Notes under the pieces: generated by a model | Database searches by the model: none | What the model was told of the DNA's origin: nothing | Seen by the model: only the letters and a program-made list of their open reading frames with translations | Assembly: GCA_965222225.1 (NCBI GenBank) | Contig: CBDCTK010000002.1 | Span: 3,136,001 to 3,200,000 of the forward strand | Length of the DNA stretch: 64,000 nucleotides | DNA from: Candidatus Poribacteria bacterium | Lineage (GTDB): Bacteria; Poribacteria; WGA-4E; JAJDTR01 | Direction of reading: 5' to 3' | Part shown: piece by piece, positions 59,486 to 64,000 of the stretch | Numbering within the stretch: the first letter of the stretch is position 1 | How the letters are laid out: each line of letters starts with the position of its first letter | Made by a program: the position numbers and the translations under genes

Positions 59486-60748
59486 TTATCTTTGTTCTGT
59501 AGGCATAACCGGGACGCTAATGTGGGCGTTTGCGTCTGCTAGACTTTCAGGGTTTTCCTCCATTTTCCGGATGCCCGATAGTGTGCGCTGATGGGCGACC
59601 CATGCCCGATCCAGAACGGGTTGCTGCAATGTGTCCTGCTCATCGGGGCAAAGATGTCGCATCAGAGGTTGCAAATCGACGGGCAACGCACGATACTCGT
59701 CGTGAGACAGCGGGCGGCAGACGGCGTTGTCTACCCCGCGCGGGGCATAGTCATCAACGGACAACCACCACGGACACCACCGGTTAACTACGGCTACTCG
59801 ATCGCGCCCACTGGAATTGTGCAGGGGTGATGCGTGCCAACTCCGCGAGTCCTGAACATATACCGAGCCGGCGGGAGCGGTGACCTGCATATCTCCGGGA
59901 ATAGGCGCCGAAGTCGTGATCCCGTCGGAGGGGCCTCGCGGGTTCCGCTTCTCCCTGTGAGAGCCGGGAACGACCCATGTACCACCCGAACTCGCATCGA
60001 CATCCGTGAGATACCATATCATCACCAAGCACATGGGGATGTCGGGGAACGGTAGGCGGATGCAGCCGGCGTTCCTGCCGGCATCTTTGTTCCCGTAAGC
60101 AGACAGGTCATGAGGCCAATCCGTGTGCCATCCCCTGGCTTCCGGGCGTCCTCTGCGGCTAACGGGACCAAAACCGCCTGGAGACCCGTCCGGTTTGTCT
60201 GTGTCAACCATGCGAATGTGGAGTTGCCCGATGCGCAGGTGATCGTCCAAAACGCGGCGCGCCACACCCGTAACCAATGGATTTGCGAGATGCTGTGCAT
60301 ACCGGGGCATCCAAACGATGTCGTTGGGAGGCTTCGGGGGATGGTTCACTCGGCGCACGCGCCTTAACTCCACTCCGTCCGCCGCGTTGAGGGCGTCGCT
60401 TAAACTCAGCTCTTCCCTTCCAGTCGATCTTATCACATCCTTTATCGCTTTCATGTTTCGGTCTATAGTGGCGTGCGCCGCCTTGACCTCTTCGCACACG
60501 GCTACCACTTCGTCCGACGGTATGAGGTTATCGATCACACAGAATCCATATCGGTCAAGGGAACCGACACAGCCGTCGATCACCTCGTCGGCGGAAAGCG
60601 CTTCGGCGCTGAAAGCGAACGCGCGGGTGCGGCAGAGCTCCCGTGTGAAGGCTTCCGCGTCGTGGGTAGATTGTGCGAGGAGTGCGCGGGTCTCCTGCAG
60701 TTCTTGCTCTAGCTGCATGATATTGGCGTGTAGATCGGAAATTTTCAT
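59486..60748 (-). CDS. PhyH-family dioxygenase with an N-terminal coiled-coil extension
   Basis: LDRYGFCVI, WHTDWPH, GGTWVVPGSH and DSRSWHAS; the first ~40 aa are heptad-like. Confidence 0.88.
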   Translation of the reverse strand: MKISDLHANIMQLEQELQETRALLAQSTHDAEAFTRELCRTRAFAFSAEALSADEVIDGCVGSLDRYGFCVIDNLIPSDEVVAVCEEVKAAHATIDRNMKAIKDVIRSTGREELSLSDALNAADGVELRRVRRVNHPPKPPNDIVWMPRYAQHLANPLVTGVARRVLDDHLRIGQLHIRMVDTDKPDGSPGGFGPVSRRGRPEARGWHTDWPHDLSAYGNKDAGRNAGCIRLPFPDIPMCLVMIWYLTDVDASSGGTWVVPGSHREKRNPRGPSDGITTSAPIPGDMQVTAPAGSVYVQDSRSWHASPLHNSSGRDRVAVVNRWCPWWLSVDDYAPRGVDNAVCRPLSHDEYRALPVDLQPLMRHLCPDEQDTLQQPVLDRAWVAHQRTLSGIRKMEENPESLADANAHISVPVMPTEQR

Positions 60749-60948
60749 TTCACTGTCCTATCGTTGTTCCAAATATCTCCCAATTCTAAGCTCGACTGTG
60801 TACGTTTGAGCGAGGCAACAAACGGTGTCAATCAAGCGCTGAGGAAATGTAGAGAAGATTTTAACCATCTAGTCTTTTGGGTTGACCATTGAAAAAGTCT
60901 CCAGCGGTTCCTGATACTATGCAACCTGTCCGGATTGCTTCCCCTGTG

Positions 60949-61016
60949 GTAGGCGCTGTTTCTAACTGCGCCTCGCGGGGGGTTGTGTCATCGGTGCGGT
61001 TAGAAACCGCACCTAC
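60949..61016. repeat. REP-like doublet (two inverted hairpins)
   Basis: GTAGGCGCTGTTTCTAACTGCGCC ... GGTGCGGTTAGAAACCGCACCTAC. Confidence 0.75.
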
Positions 61017-61101
61017 CGTTAGTACCTATTTAGGTTTGTGACATCGGCGGAGGTGAAGAGATTTCTATCGCAGCCACTTTGGGATTTACTATCGGGACTA
61101 G

Positions 61102-61185
61102 CTATCGCAGTCATTGTCCATTCCCTTGATCCATCGCTATCCACTCAGTTGATCGTTCGTTTGATCCCCGCCTACGGGTTTGGTG
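61102..61185. repeat. Modular TTGATC-unit intergenic repeat, copy B
   Basis: CTATCGCAGTCATT, three TTGATC units, then CCCGCCTACGGGTTTGGTG. Confidence 0.8.
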
Positions 61186-61239
61186 CTTCACGGCTTTCCG
61201 TTCAACCCAACGTTGTACGTTTGTACAAAGTCAAGCTAA

Positions 61240-61491
61240 GAGCCTGTCTGAAAAATAGGCCGCAAAAAAGTTTTTGGATACCTGGGCAAGAGTTTTTATC
61301 ACAATTTTGTTGCCGGCTCCTATACACCTGTCGCCCCGCTGGGGCTTTAGTATGTGGGGTTTCGCAGTTACTATACACCTTCCGCCCCTCCGGGGCTAAC
61401 TACGACTGGTGCACGGAGTTTATCTTGATTCAATGATAAAGATAAGTTTTAGAATGATGGCACTACTCGAAACGCGTTTTCAAACAGGTTC
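61240..61491. mobile_element. MITE (252 bp) with IS5-like ends and TAA target duplication
   Basis: TAA-GAGCCTGTCTGAAAA ... TTTTCAAACAGGTTC-TAA (13/15 TIR match); internal direct repeats CTATACACCT..CGCCCC...GGGGCT at 61320-61347 and 61371-61397. Confidence 0.75.
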
Positions 61492-61522
61492 TAAGGCGTT
61501 CACATGTCCAATCCGATTATGC

Positions 61523-62878
61523 TCATCGTTGCGCCAAAAACGTCTCCAACTTGGCTCGCAGTTCCGCCAAGTCATCGGCGTAAGCCTCGTCATCAATCAG
61601 ATTGCGGTTTTCACGAGGATCGACCGCCAAATCAAACATTTGGTCGGGCCAACCTTTTCCCTCAAAACGGAAGTATTTCAGAAAGTCACGCTTGACCATG
61701 GCTGAAGGCCCGTTAAATGGGTGGTATAACTCGCTATAGACCTCATTTCGCCATCCATCGGTGCGTCCCTCCATCAGCGGCACAAGCGAGCGCCCGTCCA
61801 ACCCATGGGGTATAGGCACGTTCGCGATTTCGCAGAGGGTAGGGAATAGGTCAACCAGCGAAACGTTATGTTGAACGATGTCACAGCCTCGGGGAAATCG
61901 TTGCGGCCACGATATGGAGAACGGCACCCGTACCGATGCCTCGAAATACTGCTGCTTTTCCCAAAGCCCCTTCTGCCCCAGCATCTCCCCGTGATCGCTG
62001 AGAAAAACCACCACAAAATTGTCAAGAACGCTTAACTCCTCAAGTTTGGAGATAACCCGTGTGTACTGCATATCCACCCACTCAATCATGCCGTAGTAGG
62101 CGGCTGTTGCCCGGTGCGCTTCGCGGTAGGTGACATCCTCCCCTATCTTCACTTTGAAGAACTCATGGCAGTCGAAGTTGGAGGGCAAATCCTCGACATA
62201 CGGTTCCACGCGACGCATATAGTAGTTAAACAGATCTTCGGGGCACTGGTAGGGATAGTGCGGACAATTGAGGCTCACCGCGAGTAACAACGGGTGGTCG
62301 CCGGGCCTATCGTGAACTTCGTCAACAAAATACTCGTCGAGAATCATCAAAGCCCCTTTGGCGGAGTACCGGTCGTGCTGCATCCAGGACCCTTTTCCGA
62401 CACGGGCGTTGGTAATCTCTTTGGCAGCAGACCATTTGCCAGTCCCTTCCTCAGGAAATGTCGCGGCGGTATGAACCGGGTCATCTACGGGTTCGTAGCC
62501 GTTTGGTCCCCGGATGTCGCGACCGATGCGCTCGTGCCAGCCGTGCATCTGATCGGGACCGACAAAGTGCATCTTTCCGGCGCTTACCGTTCTGTAGCCG
62601 TAGCGTGAGAGGTGTCCGGGAAGGGTGAGCACGTCGCTTGGCAATGGGCAATCGAAGCCGGTGCAACCGCTGTTTCGTGGATAGAGCCCCGTCAGAAAAC
62701 TCTGCCGTGCCGGCACGCACACCGGCGCTGGCGTATACGCGTTCCGAAAATATGCGCCTTGGTTAACGAGACGGTCAAGGGTCGGCGTGCGAATATGCGG
62801 ATTCCCTTCGACAGACATCAGATCGGGACGGTGTTCATCGTCAATCAGCAGCAGGATGTGCGGTTTCTTCTCAGGCAT
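61523..62878 (-). CDS. Sulfatase (choline-sulfatase-like, Cys-type)
   Basis: PHILLLIDDEH, TP.LD.L, CVPARQSFLTG, GKMHF, SDHGEMLG and K..YFEASVRVP. Confidence 0.93.
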   Translation of the reverse strand: MPEKKPHILLLIDDEHRPDLMSVEGNPHIRTPTLDRLVNQGAYFRNAYTPAPVCVPARQSFLTGLYPRNSGCTGFDCPLPSDVLTLPGHLSRYGYRTVSAGKMHFVGPDQMHGWHERIGRDIRGPNGYEPVDDPVHTAATFPEEGTGKWSAAKEITNARVGKGSWMQHDRYSAKGALMILDEYFVDEVHDRPGDHPLLLAVSLNCPHYPYQCPEDLFNYYMRRVEPYVEDLPSNFDCHEFFKVKIGEDVTYREAHRATAAYYGMIEWVDMQYTRVISKLEELSVLDNFVVVFLSDHGEMLGQKGLWEKQQYFEASVRVPFSISWPQRFPRGCDIVQHNVSLVDLFPTLCEIANVPIPHGLDGRSLVPLMEGRTDGWRNEVYSELYHPFNGPSAMVKRDFLKYFRFEGKGWPDQMFDLAVDPRENRNLIDDEAYADDLAELRAKLETFLAQR

Positions 62879-62949
62879 AGATTCTCCAATGTCAATCAGA
62901 CAGCAGCTACATAATGGTATTCAGTTCATTCGCTAATGTTTAGTAAGGA

Positions 62950-62975
62950 GGTCGCGACCTGGAGATCGCTCCTAC
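62950..62975. repeat. REP-like hairpin
   Basis: GGTCGCGACCTGGAGATCGCTCCTAC (imperfect GCGA/TCGC stem, CCTAC end). Confidence 0.55.
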
Positions 62976-63020
62976 CGACAGTTGGGTGGCGTAAGGCGGT
63001 TTACGGCTCACGGGGGATCT

Positions 63021-63075
63021 CTATCGCCTTCGCTATTCACTCAGTTGATCCTATTCGGTCGCTTGATCCTCCTAC
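63021..63075. repeat. Modular TTGATC-unit intergenic repeat, copy C
   Basis: CTATCGC...CGCTATTCACTCAGTTGATC...TTGATCCTCCTAC. Confidence 0.7.
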
Positions 63076-63098
63076 AGAGTCCCAGTAGCAATTCGGTG

Positions 63099-64000
63099 TT
63101 ACGCAACGCCCCATCCGGGATATTTGTCCGGGTTTGCAAAGTCCTGACCCAGATCGAGAAATCCCCGCGCACCTCGTCTTCCATAGTCAAACGGATCGTG
63201 GGTCACCTCCATCCAACGGTGAAGTCGAGCCTCCATCTCCTCCAAAGCAGGGCGCGCCTCTGCCGCGTCCGCGAGGTTAACCATCTCCAGGGGATCCTCC
63301 GCGCGGTCAAACAACCAGGGTCCTCGTTCATTGGCGTACCAGCGTGTATAGGTCCAGCGCTCCGTGCGAACCCCACGCCATCGCCCTACCCAACCATTCC
63401 GATCCGGCCATCCGTTTGCCATGTTCTGCAGGTATACGGAATCAGATGCCTCTCGCGCAAGTTCCGCACTACGCGAATCGCCCCTTCCGTGAGCCAATTC
63501 CTCCTCTGTCGAGCCGGACTCCCCGCGCCACACGCGTGAAATGTCTCGCCCCTGCAGCCCGTCCGGTAGCGGTACGCCGCACGCACCGAGCAAAGTCGGC
63601 ATGATGTCAATGGCGCCCATAAAAGCGTCGCTGCGCGTGCCAGCATGCGTCACGCCGTTCCAGCGCAGGACAAACGGTACATGAATCGACTCTTCATACG
63701 GCGTGGCTTTGGAGGCGCGCATCGACTCGTGCATCCAGTCGTCGAATGGCTTGCCGTAACCGTGGCTGGAGAGATGGTCGCCATGGTCGGACGTGTAGCA
63801 GACGATGGTATTGTCATTGACGCCAAGACGATCGAGCGCTTCCATAAGTCTCGCCATCTGCTCGTCAAGCCCAGTGCAGCACCCGTAATAATCGGCGATC
63901 TCCTTACGCGCAAAATCCACCATCTGTTCCGGGACATTGCCGGGCACATCCACCTCGGCAGGATCGTACACTGAATGCGCCGCCGGATACTGCTCGTAGG
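63099..64000 (-). CDS. Sulfatase, 3' part (5' end outside the window)
   Basis: YYG....LD, NTIV.YTSDHGD, PYEESIHVPF, DIMPTLL, RGVRT and LFD..EDP.E..NL; the frame stays open to the window edge. Confidence 0.9.
   Translation of the reverse strand, partial: YEQYPAAHSVYDPAEVDVPGNVPEQMVDFARKEIADYYGCCTGLDEQMARLMEALDRLGVNDNTIVCYTSDHGDHLSSHGYGKPFDDWMHESMRASKATPYEESIHVPFVLRWNGVTHAGTRSDAFMGAIDIMPTLLGACGVPLPDGLQGRDISRVWRGESGSTEEELAHGRGDSRSAELAREASDSVYLQNMANGWPDRNGWVGRWRGVRTERWTYTRWYANERGPWLFDRAEDPLEMVNLADAAEARPALEEMEARLHRWMEVTHDPFDYGRRGARGFLDLGQDFANPDKYPGWGVA

Noticed and set aside
61038-61436. 132-aa ORF across the repeat cluster
   Set aside because: It runs through three non-coding repeat elements, so it is a chance open frame.
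57353-63075. CRISPR array from the TTGATC units or the 61320/61371 repeats
   Set aside because: Only two or three degenerate units, no regular unique spacers and no cas genes.

Overview
Bacterial genomic DNA, densely coding, with no rRNA, tRNA or CRISPR array that I can recognise. Five PhyH dioxygenases, two sulfatases, tandem secreted LamG proteins, three DUF6785-type membrane proteins and a shared C-terminal 'AVxPxxKLxxxWxxIK' tail suggest Ca. Poribacteria (inference). Layout: (1) 1-24 kb, catabolic and surface genes with a MITE and a complete IS1595 element. (2) 24.2-34.4 kb, a tightly coupled putative anti-phage operon ending in a ~1,760-aa DUF1998 SF2 helicase (DruE-like). It looks like Druantia type III with DruH split in two around an extra coiled-coil/degenerate McrB-like AAA+ gene, and it is the best candidate for an undescribed system. 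(3) 34-51 kb, core, envelope and signalling genes: GT9, SufR-like regulator plus ferredoxin, SpoIVB-type peptidase plus beta-propeller, bioA, a ferredoxin-membrane-Hsp20-like fusion divergent from an ECF sigma/FHA-FHA pair, CvpA, YidD-like and TPR proteins. (4) 51-64 kb, an Opp/Dpp-type ABC importer, serine hydrolase, PhyH, sulfatases and several small repeat families. At least four single-base frameshifts occur and may be assembly errors. All family calls come from motif recognition by eye; no searches were run.
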